64,000 bases of DNA. Origin: a virus. Made by a program: the position numbers and the translations under genes. Shown here piece after piece: positions 36,273 through 46,337 of the stretch (the first letter of the stretch is position 1; the number at the start of each line of letters is the position of its first letter). A model generated the notes under the pieces. That model did not search any database. It saw only the letters and a program-made list of their open reading frames with translations, and had not been told where the DNA came from. Where the stretch lies: IMG/VR virus record IMGVR_UViG_3300049489_000400, positions 1-64,000 of that record; one strand, 5' to 3'.

Positions 36273-37361
36273 CTATAACTTTGGATATCTCTCCTCCATT
36301 ACATCGTCATGTCTAGCTTCTGTTATTTTTTTAGTTAAAACGTCTAACAACTTGTTTCTTTCATAATACAAATCAAAGAATGTTCTTTTGCTCTTCCATT
36401 GCATTTTACCCATGAAGTCAAAAACAGTTGCAGATTTCTTTTTCACTATACCTTTTTCTACAGCATACTGTATATCTTCATCAGATAAAATGATACCATA
36501 TCCTAACAATATAGTTATCTTAGTTTTTCTGCGGCTTCCAAAGTCATTTTTCACTGTCTTAATTTCAGTATATTGAGCAACCTCAACATCATCTATTTTC
36601 TCATGACCTATCAAAGTTGTTCTCAATCTAATTGTAGGAAAAAACTGTATCCATTCTCCACCTCCAGATTTTTTCTCCTTAGACATACCTCCAATCTGAT
36701 CATGTACGTGATTCAATATTACAAAATGAACAATAGAATCGTACATCTCACCAGTTAGATATTTAGCGAACATCTTGGCAGATTTTGCAAATGAAGCCAT
36801 TTGAGCATGCTTCAGTTCAGACATATCCTTACCTTTTTCCAATGCTTTCTCCATTGTTTTAGTATTATCGTCTAAAGTATCCAATTCTGCCTTAGATAGC
36901 GTAGCGCCAAGAGAATCCCACATGAAATAGAACTTAGGTGTCTCACCAATCTCTTCTTCAATGAATATTTTCTTTGAGTCTTCAATCAGTTTCTTAACTT
37001 TCATGAACATCTCTTCTACATATCTAATTTTAATGATAAGCACTTTGTCTGGATCAATACCTATCTTTATGGCGTAATCTTTATTATCCCTGTTCTCTGA
37101 GGATAGGATGACAGCAATTCCATTCTTTTGTTTCTTCAAGAAATGTTTCATTCCTTGTAAAGCAAGAGTTGTCTTACCTGACCTGGATAGACCAGCTATT
37201 TCTATCATACCAGTAGGGAAACCTAATATTCCAAGGTTATAATCTAGTTCAGGACTTCCTGTTGGAACCCAGCTTTTATTATCCTTGAAATTATCTTTGT
37301 CGGTAAATTTCACAACATCTTCACTGTTAAATCTCTTAACAAGTTTATCTACTATGCTCAT
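36273..37361 (-). CDS. recA: RecA/UvsX-like recombinase
   Basis: PTGSPELD, EIAGLSRSGKTT, WDSLGA, ILNH, GGEW, VKND. Confidence 0.88.
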   Translation of the reverse strand: MSIVDKLVKRFNSEDVVKFTDKDNFKDNKSWVPTGSPELDYNLGILGFPTGMIEIAGLSRSGKTTLALQGMKHFLKKQKNGIAVILSSENRDNKDYAIKIGIDPDKVLIIKIRYVEEMFMKVKKLIEDSKKIFIEEEIGETPKFYFMWDSLGATLSKAELDTLDDNTKTMEKALEKGKDMSELKHAQMASFAKSAKMFAKYLTGEMYDSIVHFVILNHVHDQIGGMSKEKKSGGGEWIQFFPTIRLRTTLIGHEKIDDVEVAQYTEIKTVKNDFGSRRKTKITILLGYGIILSDEDIQYAVEKGIVKKKSATVFDFMGKMQWKSKRTFFDLYYERNKLLDVLTKKITEARHDDVMEERYPKL

Positions 37362-37374
37362 AATTTATTGTATT

Positions 37375-37399
37375 AAAAAAGGGGCACTATGACCCCTTT
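37375..37399 (-). terminator. Intrinsic terminator
   Basis: AAAGGGG...CCCCTTT hairpin plus T6. Confidence 0.65.
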
Positions 37400-37418
37400 C
37401 TATGTTAAATGAAAATTA

Positions 37419-38585
37419 TTATTTCTTTCCTTTTTTGAGTCTAGCACGAATATCATCCATACTCATTTTACCTTTCTTCTTGGCAGGCTTTTCTTCCTCC
37501 TCATCGTCGTCATCGGAATCATCTTCATCGTCGTCTGAGTCTTCGTCCTCATCTTCCTCATCTTCCTCAACTACTTTTTTCTTAGAAGATGATTTTTTCT
37601 TTGGAGTTTCTTCCTCTTCTTCATCGTCATCGTCTGAATCGTCTTCATCCTCGTCCTCATCTTCCTCTTCAACTACTTTTTTAGCAGCTTTCTTTTTAGG
37701 TTCAGGTTTTTTAGATGATTTCTTTTTAGGTTTTTCATCCTCTTCTTCATCGTCATCATCGTCAGAATCCTCATATTGAGATTTAACTTTTTCTACGATT
37801 TCCAACCAATCTTCATCTTCAAAGAAGTCGATTTCATTTTCAGTATCAAAAAATCTCAAACCTTCTAATGCTAGTTCAAAATCCTTCAATCCGTAAACAT
37901 TCAAATAAAGTTCTTGTAAAGATTTAGCCTTGTCGAATTTCTCAAGATTTTCATCTGAGATTGGAGTAGCTTTCTTACCAACAGACACTTCGTAATAATC
38001 TTCACCTTTCTTCTTGTTAGGCTTTGAATTATACTTGATCAATAATGGTAAACCGTCATCTGGGTCAGTGAATGGGTCAACTTCGATAGGCTCATCATCA
38101 TCCTCTACAAAAGTAGCTTTGTTGATAGCATCACGAACAGTCTTTTTGAATGAGATCAATCCAAATTCTCTTTCTTCTTTTGAAATCTTCTCAGCGTAAG
38201 CAATCCAAGAATGTTCAGCACCTAAACCGCCTTTCCAATCAGTAACTTTAGAAAGTTTTTCCTTATCAGACAGATTCTTTTGACAAAAAGAAACATATTC
38301 TTCAATAATATCCTTTTTAGTTCCTCCGTGCTGTCTTGAATTCAAAACTGTTCTTTTTACAGGGTCTCCATTTTCACCCTCAATTGTAAGCCAGTGTCTT
38401 TTTCTTAATACGAAAAAATCTACTCCTTCATGAGCAGGGAAAAGTCTAAATTTGTTAGTTTTTCCTTCCTCAATTTCAAGAAATTCGCTTCTGGAGTGAG
38501 CTCCAATAAGTTCATTCTCTTTGTCTACTTTTTGTTTAAGTAAATCGACCTTGGCTGGCTTATACTTACTTCTTAAATTTGCCAT
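37419..38585 (-). CDS. ssDNA-binding protein (gp32-like) with long acidic/basic disordered tail
   Basis: N-terminal 'KFRLFP...HW...DPFTDPDDG...YEV' core; position between UvsY-like and RecA; tail of alternating D/E and K blocks. Confidence 0.7.
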   Translation of the reverse strand: MANLRSKYKPAKVDLLKQKVDKENELIGAHSRSEFLEIEEGKTNKFRLFPAHEGVDFFVLRKRHWLTIEGENGDPVKRTVLNSRQHGGTKKDIIEEYVSFCQKNLSDKEKLSKVTDWKGGLGAEHSWIAYAEKISKEEREFGLISFKKTVRDAINKATFVEDDDEPIEVDPFTDPDDGLPLLIKYNSKPNKKKGEDYYEVSVGKKATPISDENLEKFDKAKSLQELYLNVYGLKDFELALEGLRFFDTENEIDFFEDEDWLEIVEKVKSQYEDSDDDDDEEEDEKPKKKSSKKPEPKKKAAKKVVEEEDEDEDEDDSDDDDEEEEETPKKKSSSKKKVVEEDEEDEDEDSDDDEDDSDDDDEEEEKPAKKKGKMSMDDIRARLKKGKK

Positions 38586-38616
38586 TAGATTTCTTTTTTA
38601 TTTTTAATTAACGTTG

Positions 38617-39150
38617 TTACTTAATCCTACCTTCTTTTATCTTAAAATAGATATTGTTCATTTGTTTTTGAATTATATCTAAATCAACATCTCCAGGTCT
38701 AAGCGTCATGCTCAATTTATCTAGCTTAGTTGACTTGTCTCTAGCAGCCTGATAAATAGAATACATATATTCTTTTTCTTTTTGTATTCTATGCATTTTA
38801 GTCCTTTTGACCTTCCAAATCTTGTCGCACAAAAGTGCACTTTCTACTTCATCGACAGTGGCTCTTTTAACTTTACCCTTCTCATCTGAAGTTTCTAATT
38901 CCTCTCTTAACTGATTTTTTCGTTTTGCCTCATAAATAGACAAATCTAATTTTGCCTGCTGAAACTCATTATCCATATCAGCTGCTAACAAACCTAGTTT
39001 ATTTACAACTACTGGGAAGGTTATCAATTCAGCCATAAGATTAGAATAATCAATCTTCAAGATTTTGTCGATGTCTATGTCATTAAAGTCACCAACTTCA
39101 AATTTGACTACCTTTTCGCCAATATTGAATATTAATTCTCTTTGTTTCAT
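38617..39150 (-). CDS. UvsY-like recombination mediator
   Basis: 'LKIDYSNL..EL...', 'ATVDEVESAL' helical pattern; gene context. Confidence 0.55.
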   Translation of the reverse strand: MKQRELIFNIGEKVVKFEVGDFNDIDIDKILKIDYSNLMAELITFPVVVNKLGLLAADMDNEFQQAKLDLSIYEAKRKNQLREELETSDEKGKVKRATVDEVESALLCDKIWKVKRTKMHRIQKEKEYMYSIYQAARDKSTKLDKLSMTLRPGDVDLDIIQKQMNNIYFKIKEGRIK

Positions 39151-39413
39151 TCTATGACTTCTTTCTTGTTAGTATTAAGATTTTCATGAACTTCAATCAT
39201 TCTATTCAAATAATCTCTAGCTTTCAATAAATCTGTTAAATTCTTAGCTTTTGTAGAACCAGGTCTTGTAAACCTGTCTAAATATCGCTTTACATTTTCT
39301 GAAGCCCAGATGTCTCCATAATCAGTACCTTTTCTGTAGTTCAGGGAAATTTGATCAAATTCCTTATCTCCATACTTGGCTCTGTTAGATTTCTCTAATT
39401 CATTTACGTCCAT
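39147..39413 (-). CDS. DUF3310-like protein
   Basis: 'NVKRYLDRF...K...DLLKARDYLNR'. Confidence 0.65.
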   Translation of the reverse strand: MDVNELEKSNRAKYGDKEFDQISLNYRKGTDYGDIWASENVKRYLDRFTRPGSTKAKNLTDLLKARDYLNRMIEVHENLNTNKKEVIE

Positions 39414-40000
39414 AACTCTTTATCTATTATTTCTTGTAAAATCGAAGTGTCCTTACCTTCTAAATAAGGAATCAATTCTTTACAAGAAAGTTTAACTTTC
39501 TCTACACAATAAAATTGTTGATTCAATAATGATGTATTGCCAAGATTTAATTCCTTCTTTAGGTAAAATAACATAGACAACCAGTCAGCCACCTTAACTA
39601 TTTTCTTAACTAGGAATGGGACTGAAGTCATTATGTCAGATAACAATTTTTCAGATTCTCTGTCCTTATTGAATTTAGCATTAACCTTATCTTTTATAAT
39701 TAAGTCAAGCAAATTTCTCATTTCTTCACCGTAAGCATTTCCGTATTTCACTCCATGAACTATGTCTCCTGTGAACATCTCATCAAAATCGTGAAATATA
39801 GCATAAGTTGTTATTTGAAGCTTCAAATTTATGTCATCTTCATTCAGGATTTCCTCAGCAAGTAATCTGCTTACCATAGCCACAAAGAATGAATGATGAG
39901 CAACAGTTTCGTCTTTGATTCTATTCAAACCATTCCATCTGACCATATTGTTAAGTTGGTCAAAATCTGGATCATGAAAAATCTTATCAATTATATTCAT
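39404..40000 (-). CDS. HD-domain 5'-deoxynucleotidase/dNTPase (YfbR/DatZ-like)
   Basis: RW...ETVAHHSFFV...HDFDEMFTGDI...VKVAD. Confidence 0.88.
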   Translation of the reverse strand: MNIIDKIFHDPDFDQLNNMVRWNGLNRIKDETVAHHSFFVAMVSRLLAEEILNEDDINLKLQITTYAIFHDFDEMFTGDIVHGVKYGNAYGEEMRNLLDLIIKDKVNAKFNKDRESEKLLSDIMTSVPFLVKKIVKVADWLSMLFYLKKELNLGNTSLLNQQFYCVEKVKLSCKELIPYLEGKDTSILQEIIDKELWT

Positions 40001-40316
40001 TTGCTAAAATTTCTTGTTCAATTATACTTAACTCTGCTTCATTAAATTCCTCTAATTCAGCTTCTTGTCTTTTTTCAAATCTCCAAGTAGCAAAAGCTGG
40101 TTCTTGCTTTCTGCCTATCAATTTTATGAATACAATTGGATTTGAAATTTCTTCCAACAATATACCGACTACAATATCATCGTTATGTAATATTTCTCTG
40201 ATTGTGTAAATTCTGCCCTTCTTAACCCAATTTACATACATATTGATAACTGGGAATAGCATCTCCACCTTTATAGAATCATCTACACATAAAACCTTAT
40301 CACCTACTTCTAACAT
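39987..40316 (-). CDS. Hypothetical protein
   Basis: 'VGDKVLCVDD...YTIRE...FATWRF' small SH3-like phage family. Confidence 0.65.
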   Translation of the reverse strand: MLEVGDKVLCVDDSIKVEMLFPVINMYVNWVKKGRIYTIREILHNDDIVVGILLEEISNPIVFIKLIGRKQEPAFATWRFEKRQEAELEEFNEAELSIIEQEILANEYN

Positions 40317-40320
40317 AGAA

Positions 40321-43300
40321 TCAATTTATAACTAAGAACTCTGTCCTATTCCTAGTAGAACCTCTTCTTTCACTAATGCTATTCAAAGATTTTCCATATT
40401 CCTTTTGATAATTTATCTCACAATTAACTGCTATCAAAGATTTTTTAGCTTCAAGTTTTTCCATCTTTTCTAAAACACGCTCGTAGCAATCATTCCAAAC
40501 AGTCAAAATCATAACTACATTGTTAGATTCTATAGAAACTCTAGCATAGGGTAATTTGGATTGTTTGTACTTCAAGTGTTTGATATACATTATTCTCCCC
40601 ACTATTGTAGCTTCTTTAGGTGATTTTAATTCCTTATAAGATTTCTTATCATATTCCTCAGCAGAAACATAATTCTTGACAAGATTTTTAATCTTGCTTT
40701 TCTTTTCATATTTCTGTAAAAGTGACAGAAAGTTTATATCTCCAAATCCCGTCAATGCCTTTTGTTCTGTTACCCAATACCAGTTTGAATTACTATTCTC
40801 GTTTAAAACTTCTGGATATGGCTCCGATTTGGTTAAATTAGCATGAAATTCTAAAAGTGATTTTCTCACTTTCTCTTCATCGATTTTTAGACCATATTGT
40901 CCTCCTATATTATCAAAAGCACCAGCTATAATCAAAGCCTTTACAACTCTTTTGTTTACTTTGTTTTTAGGAACTCTATTTATAAAATCTTCCAAGTCAG
41001 AAAAGTCACCATTCTGATTTCTTTCGTTCAGTATCACTCTGGCTGCGACATCGCCTACATTTTTGATTTTAGTAAGAGACCAATAAATGCTATTGTCGTC
41101 AGGGAAACCAACGAAAAATAGGTCAGATTTATTGACACAAGGTGGCTTAATCTGAATATCCGAACCAATCTTTCTTATCTCAGAAATTCTGTTAGGTACT
41201 TCCTCTTCATAGTTTGCAAAATTCAAACTTGCTGTCCAGAACTCTAAAGGATATTTCACCTTCAAATATTGACACCAATATCCCATTAGAGCATAAGCGG
41301 CAGCATGAGACCTGTTGAACCCGTAGCTAGAAAACGCATTCATCTTATCCCATATTTTTACAGCATCTTCCTCTTTATCCCCACCTAGTAAATTATTGTA
41401 ATATTCAACAAATCTGCTCTTAAATAAATTAAGATTTTCCTTGTCGAATTTTTTCATATAAGTCCTTACTTGATCAGATTCTGCAAGTGACAAACCTCCA
41501 GCGACCACCATCGCCTGCATAATCTGTTCTTGATAAACATAAAGACCAAATGTATTCTTAGTAACTTCTTTTAAGAATGGATCATAAACAGGCTTTTTCT
41601 TTCCATGTTTAATTTCAGCAAAATCCTTATGTGCATTGGAATCCATTGGGCCAGGTCTAAATAAGGCATTCATTGAAATTAAATCTTCAACACCATCAGG
41701 TTTCACTTGTTTAGAATACGTTTTCAATCCTGACGTTCCGAACTGAAAAACATCTTCATTCCATCCGTTTTTGAAAAATTCCATCACGCTTGGAATATCA
41801 ATTTTTATCTTGTTTAGATTTACCTTTTTGCCTCTATTTTTCTTTATCAAATCTAATGTGTTCCTGAACTTATCCAGCTGAGCAATTCCTAATATATCAG
41901 CCTTCAAAAATCCAGCAGCATCGATGAACTTACCTTCCCATTCAGAAACTAATTGGTCATCTATCTTTTTAACAGGCATCCAATCATATATAGTCATAGG
42001 ATTCCCTGATTTATCCTGCTTAGGAACAATCAGTACCGCAGACGCATGTATGGAAGATGTTTTAGGTTGATTGATAGAAATTCTAACTAAATCACAAACT
42101 TCAGCATTATTCTGAACGAACTTTTTCAGCACAGGTTTTTCAACTGCATTTTCAAATATATCACCCCAAGAACTTTTACCGATAACATCAGGTATTTCCT
42201 TAGTGGCAAAATTTGCATCTTGAAAAGAAACTCCAGAAACCCTAGAAAAATCTTTCAAAGCTGACTTGACTTTCATTCTAGCATAAGTACCAATAGAACA
42301 AACATTGTTATAAGTATATTTTTCTTCAATATATCTTTTAACATCACCTCTTCTCAACCCTTCAAAATCTATATCAATATCAGGCAATGCATCCGCTGAC
42401 TTAGCACGCTCTCCTGAAACCCTCGTCTTGTTCAAAAAACGCTCAAATAGTAGATTGTATTGAATAGGGTCTATTTCTATAATCCCCAGAAGATAGGCTA
42501 CCAAAGAACCTCCTGCCGAACCCCTACCAGGACCAACTAGAATATCTTTTGTTTTGCACCATTCAACAATATCCCATAATATCAAGAAATAATCAACGAA
42601 TCCCGCACCTACAATTACACTATTTTCTTCTTCAAGTCTTTCGTAATATTGTATTATTTTATCCTCATCATCTGGGAACTTGTCAATGACCTTTCTTTGA
42701 AAACCTTTTTCTAATAATTCATGATATAAAGACTCTGAATCTGGATGTTCAAACTTAGGCAATTTATGATTACCAGTATCTATCATATAGTCGCACTTTT
42801 CGGCAATTTCTACAGTATTTGAAACAGATTCTAGTATTAAATCAAACTTATCAGGATTCTTTGAAAAATGAGGCATTAATTTATCTAAAGTCTCATCTAT
42901 TGTTTTGTAATATTGATCACTAGATGACAATTGAGTTTTCTTATCTACCTTATTAAGAACAGATTTGATTTTGTAATCAGATTTTTCGATGTAATAAGAA
43001 TCGTTAATCAAAACAGGCTTCAATACATCACTATAATTATCCATATAGTATCTGATATTTCTAAGATTTTGTATATCAACAGAATCGTCATCGAACTCAA
43101 CAGAATCTATCTGATAATACAAATCTCCTTTAAAAATCTTTTTGTATTTTTTAATCATTTTTCTACCAATGTCATTTTTGATATTGGAATTAAAATAACT
43201 ATCTGTAGGTATGACACATATCAATCCTTCAGAATGATTCAAGAAGTCCTCTTCAGAAACAAATTTGTCATTGTCTACATTTATGAATTTACCAATTCTT

Positions 43301-43920
43301 AATAGGTTTTTCCAACCTATTTCATTTTTTACAAATAGCTTTATATCGAATAAAGAATGGTGTTCATCATCCTGATTATATTCGTAAGCTACTGATATTG
43401 TTTCTCCAAGGATAGATTTTACACCCTTCTTTTTACAAGCTAATTGAAAAGGTAAAGTTGCAGCTAATGTATTTTTATCAGACAGACCTAAAATCTTCTG
43501 ACCTAAGAAAACTGTTTTAGCTACCCACTGTTCTGGTTCTGCTGAGCCGTTTAATAACTCGTATCCAGTATGGACTCCTAAGTGGATAAAATCTATTTCC
43601 AAATCTGAATCGTACGAACCAACATTTATGAATTCTTTGAACTCTGGGATAAAAATATCTTCATTGTATTCATCCTTCTTTGTCTTTTTAGAAGAATAAT
43701 AGAACTTGTCTCCCCACTTAAATAATATGTGAGTAATATCTTCCTCATAGATTCTGTAGAACTCTTCTTCAGTAAGAATGAAGGAAAAATCATTCGATAT
43801 GACCTTTCCTTCTTTCTCTTCTACAAAAACTAATTTCCCAAGTCCTTCTATTTCTACAATATTCCCTTCAATATTGCATTTTATAGATTTTTGTTCAATC
43901 CAGTTTTTTAATTCTTTCAT
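40321..43920 (-). CDS. dnaE: DNA polymerase III alpha subunit (family C)
   Basis: PHP HLGVHTGY, GPGRGSAGGSLVAYLLGI, FERFLN, PDIDIDF, KADILG, YGFNRSHAAAY; about 110-aa N-terminal extension. Confidence 0.95.
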   Translation of the reverse strand: MKELKNWIEQKSIKCNIEGNIVEIEGLGKLVFVEEKEGKVISNDFSFILTEEEFYRIYEEDITHILFKWGDKFYYSSKKTKKDEYNEDIFIPEFKEFINVGSYDSDLEIDFIHLGVHTGYELLNGSAEPEQWVAKTVFLGQKILGLSDKNTLAATLPFQLACKKKGVKSILGETISVAYEYNQDDEHHSLFDIKLFVKNEIGWKNLLRIGKFINVDNDKFVSEEDFLNHSEGLICVIPTDSYFNSNIKNDIGRKMIKKYKKIFKGDLYYQIDSVEFDDDSVDIQNLRNIRYYMDNYSDVLKPVLINDSYYIEKSDYKIKSVLNKVDKKTQLSSSDQYYKTIDETLDKLMPHFSKNPDKFDLILESVSNTVEIAEKCDYMIDTGNHKLPKFEHPDSESLYHELLEKGFQRKVIDKFPDDEDKIIQYYERLEEENSVIVGAGFVDYFLILWDIVEWCKTKDILVGPGRGSAGGSLVAYLLGIIEIDPIQYNLLFERFLNKTRVSGERAKSADALPDIDIDFEGLRRGDVKRYIEEKYTYNNVCSIGTYARMKVKSALKDFSRVSGVSFQDANFATKEIPDVIGKSSWGDIFENAVEKPVLKKFVQNNAEVCDLVRISINQPKTSSIHASAVLIVPKQDKSGNPMTIYDWMPVKKIDDQLVSEWEGKFIDAAGFLKADILGIAQLDKFRNTLDLIKKNRGKKVNLNKIKIDIPSVMEFFKNGWNEDVFQFGTSGLKTYSKQVKPDGVEDLISMNALFRPGPMDSNAHKDFAEIKHGKKKPVYDPFLKEVTKNTFGLYVYQEQIMQAMVVAGGLSLAESDQVRTYMKKFDKENLNLFKSRFVEYYNNLLGGDKEEDAVKIWDKMNAFSSYGFNRSHAAAYALMGYWCQYLKVKYPLEFWTASLNFANYEEEVPNRISEIRKIGSDIQIKPPCVNKSDLFFVGFPDDNSIYWSLTKIKNVGDVAARVILNERNQNGDFSDLEDFINRVPKNKVNKRVVKALIIAGAFDNIGGQYGLKIDEEKVRKSLLEFHANLTKSEPYPEVLNENSNSNWYWVTEQKALTGFGDINFLSLLQKYEKKSKIKNLVKNYVSAEEYDKKSYKELKSPKEATIVGRIMYIKHLKYKQSKLPYARVSIESNNVVMILTVWNDCYERVLEKMEKLEAKKSLIAVNCEINYQKEYGKSLNSISERRGSTRNRTEFLVIN

Positions 43921-45110
43921 TACATTTTTCCAATTGGAGAAGTCAAATTAACAGAAACTATCTCTTTGTCTTTAACCTTAGAAGCAAAGAAATTAACAGC
44001 TAATGCTATTATATCTAACGATGGGTAAAAGTTAGAAAGATTAGATATTTTGTCAATCGTTTTCCACTTGTCTGAGTCAGTTCTCGAAGTCGATTTGTAT
44101 TCTACATACATCATCAAAAGATCATAAACCAAATGAAGATATTTTGAGAAATGCATCAATGTTTGCTCTTCTGTTTCTGTTATTCTTTTTCCAGACTTTA
44201 TTGAGTCTATGATCATGCTAAGGAAATAATCTACCTCTGCTAATCTAGGTTCAATTGATTCTGAATCGAAATTCATATCCATTCTTGCTGGAACAAATAC
44301 ATCGTACAAATCTTCAAACTGACCATTACTCAACTGAACCTCATCATACATTTTCCAAGCAATAGGATTATCATTATATATATGAAGACTTTGAGAATTG
44401 TGAGTTTGAGTGCCTAACTCAATACCTAAAATGTTAGCCATAATTTCAGTCAAGAAACTGAATTGGAAAACATTAGTGGGTAAACCCCAATGTAAATCAT
44501 TACTTCTGTTAGAAATAGTCGTTCTCAATTTTCCATTTCTGATTTTCAAGAATACCATATCGTTACAAGGCAAATCCTTAGATTTAGTTCCTAAGTCCAA
44601 ATCTGCATTCCAAATCTGCATAACTGCTCTTCTGGTTTCAGAATCTTTATGAAGGTCTTTTAGGGTCTGAAGAATCTGATCAACACCTTTATTCATTTGC
44701 TCTACTGCGTGACCATTATTCTCTGGTGAGGTAGGTAAAGTCCTATCGAAAGAGGAAACACCATGTTTTCTCAGTCTAAACCCATATGGAGCATGGAAAT
44801 TAACCCCATCGTCAGAATAATTCTTCATATTAGAATTGAAGATATCAAGAAATGCTACATCTTTCTCTCCTTTGAAAATCCAAATAGCTTCAGCAAGAAG
44901 GAAAAATATGTTTATATCTCTACCATTGTTTCCTACACAACGTCTGTACGGATTAGTGATTGTTGTCTTGAAGTCTATAATTTCTTTAGTATCCCCATTT
45001 CTGCTCTCTACAGAATCTCCATTCTCAATAACGTACTTGTTTATGAAAGGATAAGTTGAAGAGAAATTACTTGTCACAACAGAATCATTAATAATATTTT
45101 TCAAAGTCAT
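43920..45110 (-). CDS. Thymidylate-synthase-family enzyme, dUMP hydroxymethylase-like
   Basis: SRNG, YSDDG, YGFRL, RRAV, DLPCN, NRSNDLHWGLPTN, SLHIY; C-terminal extension. Confidence 0.8.
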   Translation of the reverse strand: MTLKNIINDSVVTSNFSSTYPFINKYVIENGDSVESRNGDTKEIIDFKTTITNPYRRCVGNNGRDINIFFLLAEAIWIFKGEKDVAFLDIFNSNMKNYSDDGVNFHAPYGFRLRKHGVSSFDRTLPTSPENNGHAVEQMNKGVDQILQTLKDLHKDSETRRAVMQIWNADLDLGTKSKDLPCNDMVFLKIRNGKLRTTISNRSNDLHWGLPTNVFQFSFLTEIMANILGIELGTQTHNSQSLHIYNDNPIAWKMYDEVQLSNGQFEDLYDVFVPARMDMNFDSESIEPRLAEVDYFLSMIIDSIKSGKRITETEEQTLMHFSKYLHLVYDLLMMYVEYKSTSRTDSDKWKTIDKISNLSNFYPSLDIIALAVNFFASKVKDKEIVSVNLTSPIGKM

Positions 45111-45140
45111 AATAAAGATTTTTATTTTTAGTAACTATGC

Positions 45141-45168
45141 GAAAAAGGCACCCAATCGAGTGCCTTTT
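45141..45168 (-). terminator. Intrinsic terminator
   Basis: AAAAGGCAC...GTGCCTTTT hairpin. Confidence 0.75.
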
Positions 45169-45187
45169 ACAAATCTTAAAAGTATTA

Positions 45188-46201
45188 TTACTTCTTAGCT
45201 TTCTTTTTCGCAGGAGCAGCTGGCGCTTCTTCTTTCTTTGAAGATTTAACTTTCTCAGCTTTTTTCGCATTTGAAGATTTCAAATCTTTCTCCATCTTCT
45301 CACGATTTTTCCCAAGCTTGTCATCTTTCTTAGAAAGGTTAGCTACAACTTCATCGAAACCATCTTTGTTTTCTTTGATACATTCTACCAACTCATCTAA
45401 TGAGATTCCCATCACAAGCATGTTACCAGACCATGATTTTTTGATTTCAAAATCTTCTCCGAACAAATCACGTAAAACATTCTCGTCACGTACTGAAGAC
45501 ATGTAAACACGTCCGATGATTTCTCCATCTTTCGTAACTTTAGGTGAATCGAAAGACATGAATACTTTCTTGTTATTCTTACCTAAGAATTTAACAGAAA
45601 CACCTCCGTTAGCAATAAAGTTGTATTCAAAATCTTTTCCTAATGCTTTCTTCAACGCATCGAATTTTTTCGCATCCTCTTCTGACTGTAAAGGATTCAA
45701 ACGCTTAGAAACTTTCGGCTCAGCTTTTGCTTTCTCCTTTTTTGTAGTTTCTTTTTTAGCTTTCTTATCAGCTGATTTTTGAACTTTGTCGTTCTTTTTC
45801 TCAACTTCTACACTTTTCTTAGAAGATGATTTTTTCTTTGGAGCAGGCTCTTCATCTTCCTCTTCTTCATCCTCGTCCTCATCTTCCTCTTCTTCATCCT
45901 CGTCGTCTGAATCATCCTCATCCTCATCCTCGTCATCAGAATCTTCGTCTTCATCTTCTGAATCCTCGTCCTCAACTTCGTCAGCTAAATCGTCATTAGC
46001 TTGTTCGCTATCTTCATACATAGCATCTACCATTTCGAACAAATCTTCATACGAATCATCGTCCACGTCTTCGATATCATTCTCATTCAAGAATTCAATC
46101 ATTTGCTTTCTCGCTTCTTCAACGGTACTAACACCTTTGATTCCTACGCCAGCAAGTTCCTTAACTTGTTCCTTGCTCAACTTTACTTCTTTCTTTGCCA
46201 T
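45188..46201 (-). CDS. Protein with long acidic tract and Lys/Ala-rich tail (nucleoid/replication-associated candidate)
   Basis: About 45-residue D/E run, PKKKSSSKK, histone-H1-like APAAPAKKKAKK end; monocistron with its own promoter and terminator. Confidence 0.7.
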   Translation of the reverse strand: MAKKEVKLSKEQVKELAGVGIKGVSTVEEARKQMIEFLNENDIEDVDDDSYEDLFEMVDAMYEDSEQANDDLADEVEDEDSEDEDEDSDDEDEDEDDSDDEDEEEEDEDEDEEEEDEEPAPKKKSSSKKSVEVEKKNDKVQKSADKKAKKETTKKEKAKAEPKVSKRLNPLQSEEDAKKFDALKKALGKDFEYNFIANGGVSVKFLGKNNKKVFMSFDSPKVTKDGEIIGRVYMSSVRDENVLRDLFGEDFEIKKSWSGNMLVMGISLDELVECIKENKDGFDEVVANLSKKDDKLGKNREKMEKDLKSSNAKKAEKVKSSKKEEAPAAPAKKKAKK

Positions 46202-46278
46202 AGCACTTTACAATTTAAAAATTAAAAATTATTCCTTGTTATTTGTTCTATTTAACTTTGTTAGAAACAATTATACAG

Positions 46279-46329
46279 CTAAATTAGAAACTATTTTTTA
46301 CTCTACAAAATTTTTTCCAAATTATTTTT
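46279..46329 (-). promoter_or_regulatory. Class A promoter P5
   Basis: AAAAATAATTTGGAAAAAAT-TTTG(46309-46306)-N19-TAATTTAG(46286-46279). Confidence 0.75.
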
Positions 46330-46337
46330 GAAAAATT

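Noticed and set aside
39404-40000. 2-aminoadenine (Z) genome, suggested by the DatZ-like HD protein
   Set aside because: No PurZ is in the window and the neighbouring enzyme is TS-family; it cannot be excluded for the rest of the genome
43920-45110. dCMP hydroxymethylase (T4 gp42-like)
   Set aside because: The specificity residue is Asn (GLPTN), not Asp
37402-46331. Poly-Ser plus-strand ORFs (37402-37779, 45786-46331) and the other plus-strand ORFs in the track
   Set aside because: They are antisense shadows of minus-strand genes (GAT/GAA/GAC runs read as Ser on the other strand), with no independent motifs or signals
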